In this document: piece after piece, positions 50,808 to 64,000 of the stretch
Position numbering within the stretch: the stretch's first letter is position 1
Layout: the number at the start of each line of letters is the position of its first letter
NCBI RefSeq assembly: GCF_964204645.1
Contig: NC_134026.1
Coordinates: 26,880,150-26,944,149, forward strand
Reading direction: 5' to 3'
Length of the DNA: 64,000 bases
Source of the DNA: Tubulanus polymorphus
Taxonomy: Eukaryota; Animalia; Nemertea
The notes under the pieces: generated by a model
What the model was told of the DNA's origin: nothing
Database searches by the model: none
The model's input: only the letters and a program-made list of their open reading frames with translations
Program-made: the position numbers and the translations under genes

Positions 50808-52243
50808 ATGGCTTTAGAAGCGATTCGTTATAAAGACGGATGTCTCAACATCATCGATCAGTTGAAACTGCCTGACACAACTGAATTTATCAATATATCT
50901 AATGTATCTGATGGGTGGGACGCTATCAAAAAGATGCAGGTATATATTTCACGAACGAAAAACCGAAACGTCAACATGACCATGATGACCTGATTTAAAG
51001 CCTCTTATGTAATTTTTGAATATATTGTCTATATTTATTGCTACAGGTAAGAGGTGCTCCAGCTATTGCTATCGTTGGTTGTTTGAGTTTTGCTGTTGAG
51101 CTGCGGAAATTAGAGTTCAAATCAGCTGATGAACTGGTGTCCTTCGTGGAAGGGAAACTTAACTACCTTGTTACTGCTCGACCAACTGCTGTTAATATGA
51201 GTGATGCTACTAATCATCTAGTCAACCTTTGTAGGAAACATCTAAAGAATGAGAATTGCTCAGTTTCAGAACTGAAAAACCTGTATGTAGGCCTACATAT
51301 TAGATAAAGTTTCATAGTTGACATTTACTGAAAAGCAACTGATGGCATATTTATCATTATAGAATCTTGGCTGAAATTGAGAAGATGATGGAAAAAGATG
51401 TTGCTGTTAATAAGGCAATGGGGAAATATGGTGGAGATCATATTATAGGAATGTACAATAAACCTGTGAGCATTCTGACTCATTGTAATACTGGTTCACT
51501 GGCTACAGCTGGTTATGGAACAGCTTTAGGTAGGATTTGTGAGGTTTTAGTAACTATCACATTTTGAAAACATGAGTATTTATGTATGATTATCTATGTA
51601 TGTGTTAATATTTTAGGGGTTGTACGCTATCTTAATGATAGTAAAATGTTAGCCGAGGTATTTTGTACTGAAACCCGTCCATACAACCAGGGTGCAAGAC
51701 TAACAGCTTATGAACTAGTGCATGAGAAGATGCCAGCTACACTTGTTTGCGACAGTATGGTTTCATTATTGATGCAAAAGCGTGAAATATCTGGTGTGAT
51801 CGTTGGTGCTGATCGAGTGGTGGCTAATGGCGACACAGCGAATAAGATCGGTACTTATCAGATCGCCATTGCCGCTAAACATCATAACATTCCGTTCTTT
51901 GTAGCCGTGCCTTCTACAAGTATCGATCTAACTTTGCAAACTGGAGATCAAATAGAAATAGAGGAGCGTCCAGCTGAAGAGATGACAAGTGTCAAAGGAA
52001 TCAGAATAGCCGCTCCAGGTAAAAAAGTTTGAATGAGAAAATCATCAAATACATTAATTAATCATTCACTTGATGACATTAAAATGTATTCATATGTATT
52101 TTATATGTATTATTGCAGGGATTAATGTGTGGAATCCAGCCTTTGATGTAACACCGCATGAACTAATTACGGGTGGTATTATCACAGAATTTGGCGTTTT
52201 TCAACCATCTGAATTGAAAGATCAGTTGAGAAAATTCATCTAG
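50808..52243 (+). CDS. MRI1: Methylthioribose-1-phosphate isomerase (methionine salvage)
   Basis: Exons 50808-50939, 51047-51282, 51363-51529, 51617-52018, 52119-52243; motifs [80 protein letters not shown]. Confidence 0.97.
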
Positions 52244-53735
52244 TCCTTATCGATGCCTTTAGTACCCATATTCAGTATTCTGATTAAATCATTACGAATT
52301 CTCATTTGTCAATATTTTACAGAGGAAATTGCTTGGTGATGTACCCTAGTGAGGGTTCCTCTCTATTGTGAAAGTTTCTTCACACGAGGAAACCACATTA
52401 TGAAATGTAATTTTTTTCTAATGAGAGTAGATAAGCTTATATGTATTAAGAATAGTTAAATCAAAATTATGTATATTTCTGGTATATGAATATTTCAGTA
52501 TTTGCAAGTGTGCCATTTAGTGCATTAAAGTATTATATGTGCTTTATTTTATTATTCATTATCAGTAAAATAAATGATTTGCTAATGAATATTGGTTTGT
52601 AATCCTTTGCTGAAGTTGTGTTCATACCCTGATGTCCAGCCTGGAAAATGATCTACCACTTTCTGCATAGATAGTTGAGAGTCTGTACAACATATCTTCT
52701 TTCACTTGCTCTTTCTGGAGATGTTCTATTGTGGGAGATGTTCAATTGTGGGGGGGGGGTGTAAAGGGACTGATGCGATTATTCTAGTCGGTGTGGGATT
52801 GGGCGATTCCAGGGCTGCTTGTTCGTAGAAAACTCACAAGGGGACCTATGTTGGCGCCACCTAGCCGCTGCACCAATAAGGTGAACTAAACCGAAAGGTC
52901 CAAGTCCTCTTATAATGAGAAGACATTATATGTAATACAAGAAAATTTACAGTGAAAAAGAATTTAAAATATTTTGTACAAACTTCTTTTATTCAAGTTC
53001 ACTAATAGAGATCAAATATCATGTCAATCTGAAATATGCTATAATAATATTCAATGTATATCTTTGATAAATCCATTGCATTGAATTCTGCGATAGGAAG
53101 GAATATTGGTGTATGAATTTGCATTTATTACTAAATGAACACGGGCAAACGATGTAACAGATAACTCTATCACTTATTTACAAAATTATTTTGAGTAGAC
53201 ATTTCTCTCTCAACAAGGTTACCAGGAGGAATAAACAAAAGATTGCAGTACAACTGAGAAAAAACCATTTAAGTTGTATATTAGTTTAAGAAGATAAATA
53301 AGAGAAATCAGTTTTTGTCTGTGGAGCCCAGTTATTTTCTTTCAACTGATAAATAAATGATATTAAAAGAAAAAATACAAGATTTATATAGGAAGACTAA
53401 ATAATCAATATATAATTCCAGCATTTTAGTCTGCTCGACTGAGATCACATTAGAAAGAGATCAGTCACTTTTTCTGATTTCTAAATTTTTTACTTAGAAC
53501 ATTACCGTTACCACTGTTTATTTTATAACATTTACTAGAATATATGCAGTTAGTAGATTATTTACACTTGATTAACATCTTGGTAGCACCACTAAGAACT
53601 TACTCAAAAGCCACATTATTTACATATCGCAAAATAACAACATGAAAATCACTTTTGCATAGAACTTTCATGAAATCACTCACTTCAGACGTAGAACCCC
53701 AATTCCAATCTCATATCAGAAAAAACAGTTATATT

Positions 53736-56700
53736 TTAACTAACAGGCCACAAGCTATCCAACAAGAATGTCTGTAAGCGAATAGTATTGTAACGAGGTA
53801 ATTTAGGATAAAACAGTAAACCAGTCAATAACTCCACATCTCTAACTCTCGCTGAATTCAACAATAAGTACTCCTTGAATTCCTGGAATAAAGATAAATT
53901 TGAAAGTCTGATATTTATGAAGATTTTATGAATACGATGATGTCAATTTCATGCTTAACTCACTTTACAAACAACAGGTTTAGATTTGTGGGGCAGAATA
54001 AATGCCGAGGCATCATACTTTTCACAAATTTCACTTCCCTCCTTACTGCATTTAGTAACAACCAAGAAGAAATGGCTAGCGACCGGTATATCTCCCATAT
54101 ATCTAAAACATTATATAATACATACTCAATCAAATAGAACATTCTGTTTAAGTAGTCTACAATATAAACATTTTCTACGAATAAAGACACTACCTCTTTA
54201 TTTCAGATTTTTTATCCCGTAATCCATCAGCGTTGTAATCATAGACAGGGCCCATAACGATATTCAAGTTTTTAGACATTCGTTGCCACTTCGAAACCAA
54301 GGACAGTAGCTTACTCCATACATCTGAAGAATCAATTCAACAGCTATGTAGTTATTACAACTCAACTGACCACAAGACATTTGTGAAATATTTTACATAC
54401 CTAAATGAAACCCTGGCAACATTGGAACCATATTTGATAAAATGTATGCATTCATGTTATCTTTTGCTTGTCCATCAATTCCTAAAAACATACAAAATCA
54501 CTGTAGACGAATAATACATTATCAAAAATGATATTTCCAATATTTCAATAATATTTACCAGGCTGATAAAGAGGGCTAGCAGAATAGTTTGACTTGGAGT
54601 CTAAGAAGTTTTGACAAGTAGCAGTTTGATTGAATATCGGAGATCGCACATCAGGTCGTAAACAGGGCAATGAGCTATTAATGACGGGCAAACTCTGAAA
54701 GACATCAAAATGTGTTTTGAAGGAGTGAACTATAATATACATGTATTTGGTGAATGGTTATTTGTATCAAAAACCTGATACATGTAATTGAATATGTTTC
54801 ACCTGTGAAGTGCCCGACATGGTAAACGATGTCCACACAGCTGAATGTAACTCTTCACTGTAAGCAGTTATATATTTGGCTTGGATCAGCAAAGAAACCG
54901 TATCATCAATCAACAGGATTGGTTCACCAAATGGAATGTGTTGTTTCTTGTATTCCTGAGTATTGTTATCTGTTATATTCAATCGCTCATCCAGTTGAGA
55001 CACATTCTGATTCTGAAAACATACAAACAAGAAACAATTTGAAAATAAATCTTACTTTTAACAATGATAATAAAAACTCAAGATGAAGAGCGAACATACG
55101 GGGCAGTAACAATCAGCCATTGATGATGCACGTTTGTCATATTCAGTAGAACTACCTGGATATGATGATTTTACATATTGCCGGCCAACTGGCCGGTCCT
55201 GTAGTTTAGGCGGGTTCACCAATAAATGGTGTAACGCTCCAGCAGTTCCATTATTAGGGGCCGGGTTTATTTGAAGTAAATCTGAAAATAGAAATATCTC
55301 GGAACATCAATTAATTGTGTAATGACGCATGTATACTTAGGAAATAGGTCCGATAAAATTGTTTTTCTCATACCTGTTAACAATTGATATAATTCGATAT
55401 TGAGGAATGATTTTGATTGGGTATTCTGTTTGATATAGGGTCCGTGTGCAATGAATAATGCCTATAATATAATCAATATTAAAACATTTGCTATTCCCTT
55501 GAAAATGATATCACAACATATAATCATTCTGTAGTGATGTTTTATAGTTTACACGTTCATCATTATGCGATATACTTACGTGCATACTAGCGTAGATATT
55601 ATCAAAACCATGTGATCCACCCCCACAAGTTCCATTTCTGAAGCAAAGAATTAACATTTTGGAAATATTTAAAGGATACTGAATGAGGTATAATAGGTTC
55701 AGCGTTGGCAACTGAATTCGATTACCTCATATAGAATTGCCAACCATCCTCAGAATTCAGTACTAATTCTTCGATTCTCCTACTGTTCGAATAATGAAGA
55801 CGTTTTGGTAGATCTTCTTTTCGATATACGTCGAGATGTTCATTTTTACACCGAAGCTCCGACAGTAATTTTTCAACAGGCTCTAAAGAAATAATCATAT
55901 ATCATGTCATGTCATTGTATCAATTTATAGATTCTACTCATTTCACAGTTCTGAAATATTCTTACGTGGATTCTTTGAAGGAACGACTTTTCCATCGATA
56001 TATTCATGGTCATTATTTATTCTTCCGACACTACCCTCAAACACAAATATTCCAGTTAGGTTGATATACTTATCAAGTGACACAATGTTCTTACATGGTG
56101 TATTTGACATTCCTACAACAAATAGATTTGATGAACAGAAATCTGAACAGTTATTTATGAGGTTTTGTCATATTAAAGACTTACCATGATCTGCCAACAC
56201 TATAATATTTACACAATTATGTAAATTCCTTGTAAAAAGTCCCTGCATCAGTAATCCAACCATCCTATCCACCTCTTTCAATTTATCATTTACCTATCAT
56301 ATGGGATAGATAATAACTGTTGAAACGGGCATCTACAAACACAACAAATTGCTTAGAAAATTGAACTTGCTCTTACTAGTTTACTATCGATTCCAGTCCT
56401 ATGCTCTGCAGAATCAGGTTCATCGAAATACAGTGTTATAAAATCAGGTCTCTTGCCATCTGGGAGATCTAACCATTTCAAAACCTGCTGAACTCTACTT
56501 TCAAATGGTACTGATCTGAAATATCAATTGTGTTGAATTTTAAAATATTTTGTCCAAAGATTTTCAATTTACCAGGTACCATATCGAAATTAACGATTCT
56601 CCCTGTGAGAAAATACTTACTTATTATACTTCCTATAGTAGTGAGGATACATTCCTGAAAATGGGCATGCAAAACTTCAATGAAATCAATCTTGTATTAT

Positions 56701-58094
56701 ATCTATCAGTATAGGCATACCGCGTTTGTATAATCAGACTATACCTTCAACTCGGACATCAGATCCTGGCCAGTAATATGTAGCCGATATCTTGTTTTGT
56801 TTTGTCACTGTGTTCCATATCTAGGATTGTAAATAGGTTTTTATTGAGTCTAAGCTCAATGCACATGGCAAAACGATTGTTTCATCAAAAACAGAAAAAT
56901 GATAAAACATTCAACGCACACGGCACAACAAAACACATTGAAAACGTTTATCACCAGGAAAAACACAATTTTCCTTGCCGTGTGTGTTGGGCTTTATCAA
57001 ACATAATGTTAGCTATAATCAATACACCATGTCAATTAGGAAGAAGATGCTATTAAGATATTTATAATTATGTAATGCTTACTGGGTCACCTAACCACCA
57101 TCTCGGATCTTGGAATGTTTGAGGTATGGACGAAATAAAAGGATAGTTCATATTCTGGTCGTACATATTATTGTCTATAATGCCATTAGATTCAGGAAAC
57201 AATCCCTGAAACAGATTGATAAAGGTAAAAAATTTCACGCTTAAACTTTTAGTATTTTTTATCTAGTGCAAGTAATAGAAAATAACGCTTACCGTGGCTA
57301 ATGTATAGTGATTGACAAATGTTTTTGTAGGGTACGATGCTCTCACATATGGCACGTGTGAACCACATTGTCTTAGTCTGTCTAATACTGGTGTCATCTT
57401 ACGAAGTAAAAAATCTGCTCTGAATCCATCCAAAGATACTAGAATCACAGGCGGCACGGAAAATCTGTGAAGGATTTTTATACATTTTTTTAAGAAGGGT
57501 ATTTTTCATCGATAGCCGTATTTGTCTGTATGTACATACGATTTTGGGCAAACTGCTTTTCCAGGTGTTGGACATTTACTGTTGATCCACTCCTCTTCTT
57601 TATGCTGAGATCCATGATAGATTACACTGAAGTAGACGCCGATTGCTAGAAATATCAGCACTAAAATCTGCAAAAAAATTCGATACCATTAGAAAATGCT
57701 GAAGTTACTTCATTTCAAAGAGTCTTTAAATAGCAGTTGTTACACTTACCACTGAAGACACAACAGCAATACTTCTGCATCTTTCTTGTCTTAAAGTGTT
57801 TAAAAACTGAATGGAAAATAATTCAATAATTCAATATTCAGTTATAAGATGGCATAGATACTGGTATTACATTTCACAAGGGATTGATCACCTGTCTTCT
57901 CGAGCCTGTAAGATACACCTCATCATCCGTTGACATCATTAAAATATTCTAAAATATGATATAATTTTTTATCTGGAAAGTCATCAGAATTGCCCATTTA
58001 CTTTTGTGGAACACAATACCCCGGACTGTAGGCGTATATGTACTATTTGATTAGAATTGGTTATCTATACCTTTGACCCAGCTTCACCATCCAT
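53736..58094 (-). CDS. ENPP1/3-like ectonucleotide pyrophosphatase/phosphodiesterase, type II membrane, multi-exon
   Basis: Spliced: MDGEAGSK..., TM segment [83 protein letters not shown], then a nuclease-like domain ([28 protein letters not shown]); stop at 53736-53738. Confidence 0.92.
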
Positions 58095-61000
58095 GATTTT
58101 AGTTACTTTTTGTCAGTGCTCGAGTTTTATGTTGTATGGAGTATTATCACATGAAATACATTGCTAAAAGAATCATAAATACATCATAAAAATATTCTCT
58201 AGCCTGAACCGATTCGTTTTTAGTACTATTTTTGTTCAGGCCTTTAGTAAGTGTAAACGATCAATATAAAATTTATTGAATTGAATTGACTTTACTTTTC
58301 AGTTTTTACTTAATGTGTTTTCCTTGGTATAAAATGAAAACCAATTCCATCGGTTAAATACCCATAAATCAGCATTAATCCCCGCCTTTTTAATCCCCGA
58401 TTGTTGTTATCCTGAATTTCCAGGACTGTTTCGATTTCGATGAATTGAATCCAGAATCGAATATACGATTGTTTTTTCCTGGTTATACTATTTACCGATG
58501 TTAACCGTCCGATGTTTCGGGCCGCAACATAAGTGCCCGTTTAGTAATTAGATAATCAGGTCCATGAGCGTATCTTCGCAACTTTCATACATTGATATTT
58601 TATGCCCTGTCACATTTTATGGTAAAGAAATTTCATTCCAAGTGCACACAGCCTATTGTTCACAGGTTGGAACTTTAAAAAAAACGCCTTTGTGAAAATA
58701 TCCGATCTTGAATCGAAACCCCGGACAGGTTGCTGAATAAGGTAAACCTTAGTTAGATTGTTTGGCATTGATTCAGACTATATCACTCATTTGGGACCCC
58801 TGGTACTGAGGGTCCAGCTACCTTGATTGTTGCAGGGCCAGGATTTCTTTAGTTCCATTATCACAAAAATGCATTAATCGTGACACAGTGAATCCATAGT
58901 CTAAAGTTGGTCCAATTAAGAATCCTCATAGTTGTGATCATTCGATTTGAAATCCGCAAATAAAAAACGCAACAAAACAGTGATATCACATTACATGTGT
59001 TTATTGCTCAGGTTAAAATATTCACACTGTAAAAATTGTCCCAAGTCAATAAATGAGGTCAGTCCACTAAAGGAAACTTAAGTAAAGAGGACTGAATAGA
59101 AGCCATATTCCAGCACTACTCAGAATAGAGCAACAATATATATCCCACTTCATATAAAAAGTAATATTTAGACAACCTCTAAAGTGCTAGAATCATCATT
59201 ATATCATCTTTACAGTTGACTACAACAACTAAAATTATTACAATTTACACTTGGATGATGGTCATATGATCTGACCAGTAATTTGTAACTAGCCTCATAT
59301 ATTACAGAATGACAACACTATGTATGGTGAACATTGACAACTCACATGTTAAAAATCATTTTTACAACATTACTATTAACCAGATATCAAAAATAGGTGA
59401 TCAAATGAGCTCTGAAATTTTCACATTATATTTATGTCACCACAAGTAATTGGTCTTGAACATATTTTCTGATGATATCAAACATGAATAGAAAACCACA
59501 TTTTACATTCAACTTATCATAGCTGAATTTTGTGGAATATGCTTTTGTGGGTTAGCTTTGTAGAGAGCCGGGTACCTGAAGATGGTATAAAATGAGATCA
59601 CTATTATGTACAATATTTTACTCAGGAGAAAGGAAAAATATGAAAGGTCTGCGGAAAGAGGCAAAGAAAGGTCTTTATAGTAACACGATCATCAAAACAT
59701 GGGTAGTCTAATATGGATACCTGTCGGACAAGCTCTATGTGTGAGCATTTAAGAAATAAATTAATTGGTAATCTTTAGATAGAGATGAACAGTAAGATTC
59801 AATACATATACATTGGTTACAGCATGGATCATGACATTATTTCAAAAAGTTTTAAGATTTTATGGATAGGAGATTATGATAACAATCTATTCATGATTGA
59901 CTCTTGATTACATATTAGAAAACTATTACGGTACCGGTATACTGTTTTTTGATATTGATATCATGTGATATGTTGTAATACATAAGCCATCTCCGTTAAC
60001 CCAACATTTCTAAAACAGGTTTTCTACTGATTTTCACCCGAAAGGAAAAGCAGCACCAAAGACAATGAAATGAAATTCCAACAACCATAAAAGCAGAAAA
60101 CTGAAATTCACACATACCTTTTGTGAAACTATGACTAGTGTGTGATTGTCCTTAAGAATTTTTCTATGATGATGAAGAAACAAGCTGGTTGTAAGCTGAA
60201 GAAATCAACCAATTACCAGTATCACTATTATAGTGATATTTGATAGCAATCCAGATACAGTATTGATTATGGATGTCCACAATCTAACATTACACAATAT
60301 TATTACGAGATATATTTCAGCACGTGATTAGTTTTGAAGTTCATCCATTCAATCTTTTATTATCAATCTATCATTATTCTATGTTCTTAATATATGATAT
60401 TTTACACCAGAGCACAGTCTTCCAAATGGATTTCAGGTATTTAACAACAAACAGCAATAATCAATATAAAATCCTCTGATGGAGTTTCAACTGAATGAAC
60501 CATTAAGTGGGTACATTAGAAATACATGGTACTGGGTATTTTTAAAGATCAGGGTATAAGTGCTTCACAACCAAGACATAATGCTATGTCCCAAATGAGG
60601 AAAATATAGAATTCTCTGCACCCTTATAGGCAGCAGGGTGAAGAGACCATGCACCTGCTCATGGAGTCGTTTAGCGTCCATGATCTGCCACTCTATATGA
60701 TCAGTTAACAATATATTATAAATACTCTATTACACCATAGATATAAACACGGGTCAAATTATTTCGCAGAAGTTCAAGTTGAGAAAATTTCCCTCTAACA
60801 GCTTCCTATTTGCTCCACAATGACAAGTCATCAATTGAAATTTTCCCTGCTTTGTCATGGTTTTAAGAACGCTCCAATGGCTGGAGAGGTATAGCTAAGA
60901 ATTCAACACAATTTACAGCAGATATCGGCACACTGGATGTCCAAACACATCCTTGTTTAGTCTCTGGACTTGTTCTCGGTTGAACAGCATAAGAATTCTT

Positions 61001-61261
61001 CATGAACTAATAGTCAGATCCAGAGGTGATTTTTGTGATTGTTTGACTTTATTAGAAATGCCCTGTCACCAACGGATGAAACTCAAGATCTATACTGATA
61101 ATGCCATGTACACTGTCATCTCTGCTATGAAGAAACCTGCATTCAATGTCACTTTCATTGTAGTTTCAACACTGAGCGAGTACCGAAGTCAATTATGACA
61201 GTGCGAAACATTTCCTCTTCGGTTATCGACCAATTTACAGTTTTGAATGGAAACGCTTCTG

Positions 61262-63364
61262 TTACAAGTAGCCTAAGTCCAGTGCATGATGTAAAGCTGC
61301 AAGATCTGAATGACTGGAAATCCTCCAAAATGGCCAGTTCATCTATAAAACAAATACAGTAATAAATAAAACTACCTGTATGAATATAATCTAAGAATAT
61401 GAGTTACGGTACAGTTGATGAATAATACAATGAATAAGCTTATTATACCTGTTTTGCTGCCTGTTCTTCATCTCTTCCATCACCAACAACTACATATGTA
61501 CATTTTCTACCAAATCGTGAGACAATTCGTTCAAAACAACTTTCTTTACCTAAAAACACAATTAAATATCCATGAAAACAACAAACAATATTCTGGTAAT
61601 TGAAGAATCACTGCACGGATAAAAAATTGTTAAAATATACCATGGTGAATATACATACCTATTTTTGTGGCACTATACACATTTTCTATATTAAAAACTC
61701 CACCAAGCCCGTATAGTAATACTTTAGCCAAAGCAGGTACCAGTTGAGTGGTAGTGACTAGCACATTGACACATGTCGACCTGAAGTCGAATGATAAGAA
61801 TTAACAAAAAATGATTTTTGGTAATATGTTAATCTTTCTGTTCACATATACAGTGATATAATCTAAGATGTCTATCTATACCTTGAGTTGATAATTTGTA
61901 ATGATTTTAAGGCTAATGTGAGCCAAGAATCTGTCATAGCTTCTATCTCCGACCTGAGCTGTAGCCATTGCTCCCGCTTCGGTTGACCCAAGAGACCTGA
62001 AATGAACAAATTCATTATTCGCGTTAAATATTTTGCACAAGATAGTCAATGATCTATAGAGAGTGCTGCCATCTACAACTAGAATAACATTAAACATCGC
62101 AAAATACTCAATAGAGGAGCCAATGTGTCTAATGTGAATAGAATATTTTTCTAAAATTTATTTGGCTCATAACAGTTCATTCAATAGACAACTTTTTCTC
62201 ACCTCCTACGTTGTTTCTATAACTATTGTAGATCTCTTTTATTCGTCTATATCTAAAAGCCAATTTACGCATCCAATCGACGCCCCCTCTTACACCCGTG
62301 GCGAGGCAAAGATTGGCATTTGTTGCTGCTGCATGGAAACCATCCGTGGCAAAATTATAACTACTGTAAATATTGAAAATCATATAGTATTATAATTCTT
62401 TAAAACAAATTCTCAACAATTTTGAAACCAGAAACCAGAAATTCAATATAAAAAAATGTAGTGCAGAAATCTATCTAAACTAAAATTTCACAGAAATACT
62501 TTACCTTAAGTCTTGACCATTATCGTCAGAAGATACGTCGTCTATATGTACTTGATCGCACTCCTGAAATATAAGAATATCTCAAATTAATAATTTCAAA
62601 CTAATTTATTTTCAGTCATTCAACACATATATCCATGTGTTACACCATTTTAACAGATAGAACAAAGAATCGAGACTGGAGGATTTTAATTAAAAGGCAA
62701 TGATGATAAAAAGACACCCCAAGGGTTTTCTTGCAGTCTAATTCATTATAATCTGTTGGCAGACGCCAAGTTGAAAAGAGGCACATGTTTTCAGCAGGAT
62801 AAATGAAAGCAACTATTCGTTATATCACTGCAAGACACAATTCTGAAGACTAACAAAAACTGACAGAACCACTGTGAAGTAGAATTCAAATATTGGTGGA
62901 ACGGCAACAGTAGACATTTAATGAATCTAGAAAGATTGTACCAAGTGGATTGTAAGTAAAAGATACGGCACTTTGGTTGCCAGAAGGCTTCAGAAGCGGA
63001 AGACATTAGCTCTTAAAAATGGCTGCTTGTTGGAAATGTGGTCATAGCCGGTAATTAGTAACTCATTCATCCATTAATCCATTGAAAAAGTTGTCTCGCT
63101 ATTAAGTGACATAATGCTGAGCGGTAAAATATTAGCTTAGATTACAGGATATAAACACATTAGATTGATATAGGAAACATCTCCCCCTTTAGAGGTTTGC
63201 GTTGGACATATTCAAATCAGTCGAGTGATCTTAATGCCTCATAGATGGCGCATATTAACCCAAATTGCACATACCTCTAAATCATTGAAGAATAAATGGG
63301 TATCAGCTAGGTTGAATATCATTTCTTCCATGCGTAAACCTAACGACACTGAACTAGGAGGATC
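61262..63364 (-). CDS. EYA: Eyes absent homolog (EYA domain, HAD phosphatase), 5'-partial
   Basis: Exons encode [91 protein letters not shown]...[20 protein letters not shown]; stop at 61262-61264; upstream exons lie beyond the window. Confidence 0.97.
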
Positions 63365-64000
63365 CTGGAAATAGATTAACATATTCATAATAGAAGAAAT
63401 CGTTTTCTGAGCTAAAGAGAAACTTTCTGCCTAGTAAATGTGGACCAGAAACAAAATGGACTTAAATATTGAGTAGAATATCATATCTCTGCAAATAAAC
63501 ATATAAAATACAAAATGTGCATGAAATGGTGTCAGGACCTATAGAAAATTCCACATCTAACATGACAATCCATTATTTCTTGCTAACCAAATAAATAAAG
63601 GAACCTTTAAGAAAACCAGCCAGAAAATATGCGTCTATACATTGTAATGGGCTACCTTCATCAGCTATTTGTTCTGAAAACATTGGGGGTAATTCTAAAG
63701 AAATAAAGTCAACCAAGTGTGTGTTTGCTTCTGATTCAAGCACTTTCCACGGTAAACATTGACATAACACATACTGCCTATATACATCAGTATTTTCACA
63801 ACATAACTGGGAACCTCCATATTATCATATTTTGATATCACACCAGAATTCCAAAAAAACAGCACTATTGCCACTGGTTTTTGGTCACACTTAGGAATCC
63901 AAAGTGTTGGCTTTAAAAACAATGATCTTAAAATTACGCATCAAACAAATGGTTTGCAAAAAAAAGAGCATTCAATCCTTTGAAATAAATCTAATAGAGT

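Noticed and set aside
28206-52243. CDKAL1 and MRI1 as a SAM/sulfur-salvage gene cluster
   Set aside because: They are 20 kb apart, divergent and separated by transposons; there is no evidence of co-regulation without synteny data.

Overview
AT-rich eukaryotic (metazoan, probably invertebrate) genomic DNA with spliceosomal introns, so most entries in the ORF track are exon fragments or noise. Five intron-containing genes can be assembled by eye: (1) a HUNK/MARK-like CAMK-group Ser/Thr kinase on + (9956-22382; N-lobe start lies upstream of the window; UBA-like domain and long disordered tail), (2) CDKAL1 tRNA methylthiotransferase on - (28206-30861), (3) MRI1 on + (50808-52243), (4) an ENPP1/3-like ecto-phosphodiesterase without somatomedin-B domains on - (53736-58094), and (5) the 3' half of eyes absent (EYA) on - (61262-63364). 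The most unusual structure is a 9.2-kb non-autonomous foldback element (33460-42660). Its inverted arms are made of a 64-bp satellite, it has CA...TG ends and a GTCCAAC(CA) target-site duplication (P/Galileo-like by inference), and several nested MITEs fill its centre. Other observations: TIR elements built from or carrying tRNA-like Pol III heads, a Penelope-type hammerhead-like motif inside a palindrome, a perfect 85-bp inverted repeat, a candidate 72-nt cassette exon in the kinase N-lobe and a GC-AG intron. All coordinates and splice calls were read manually; no database search or folding was run.
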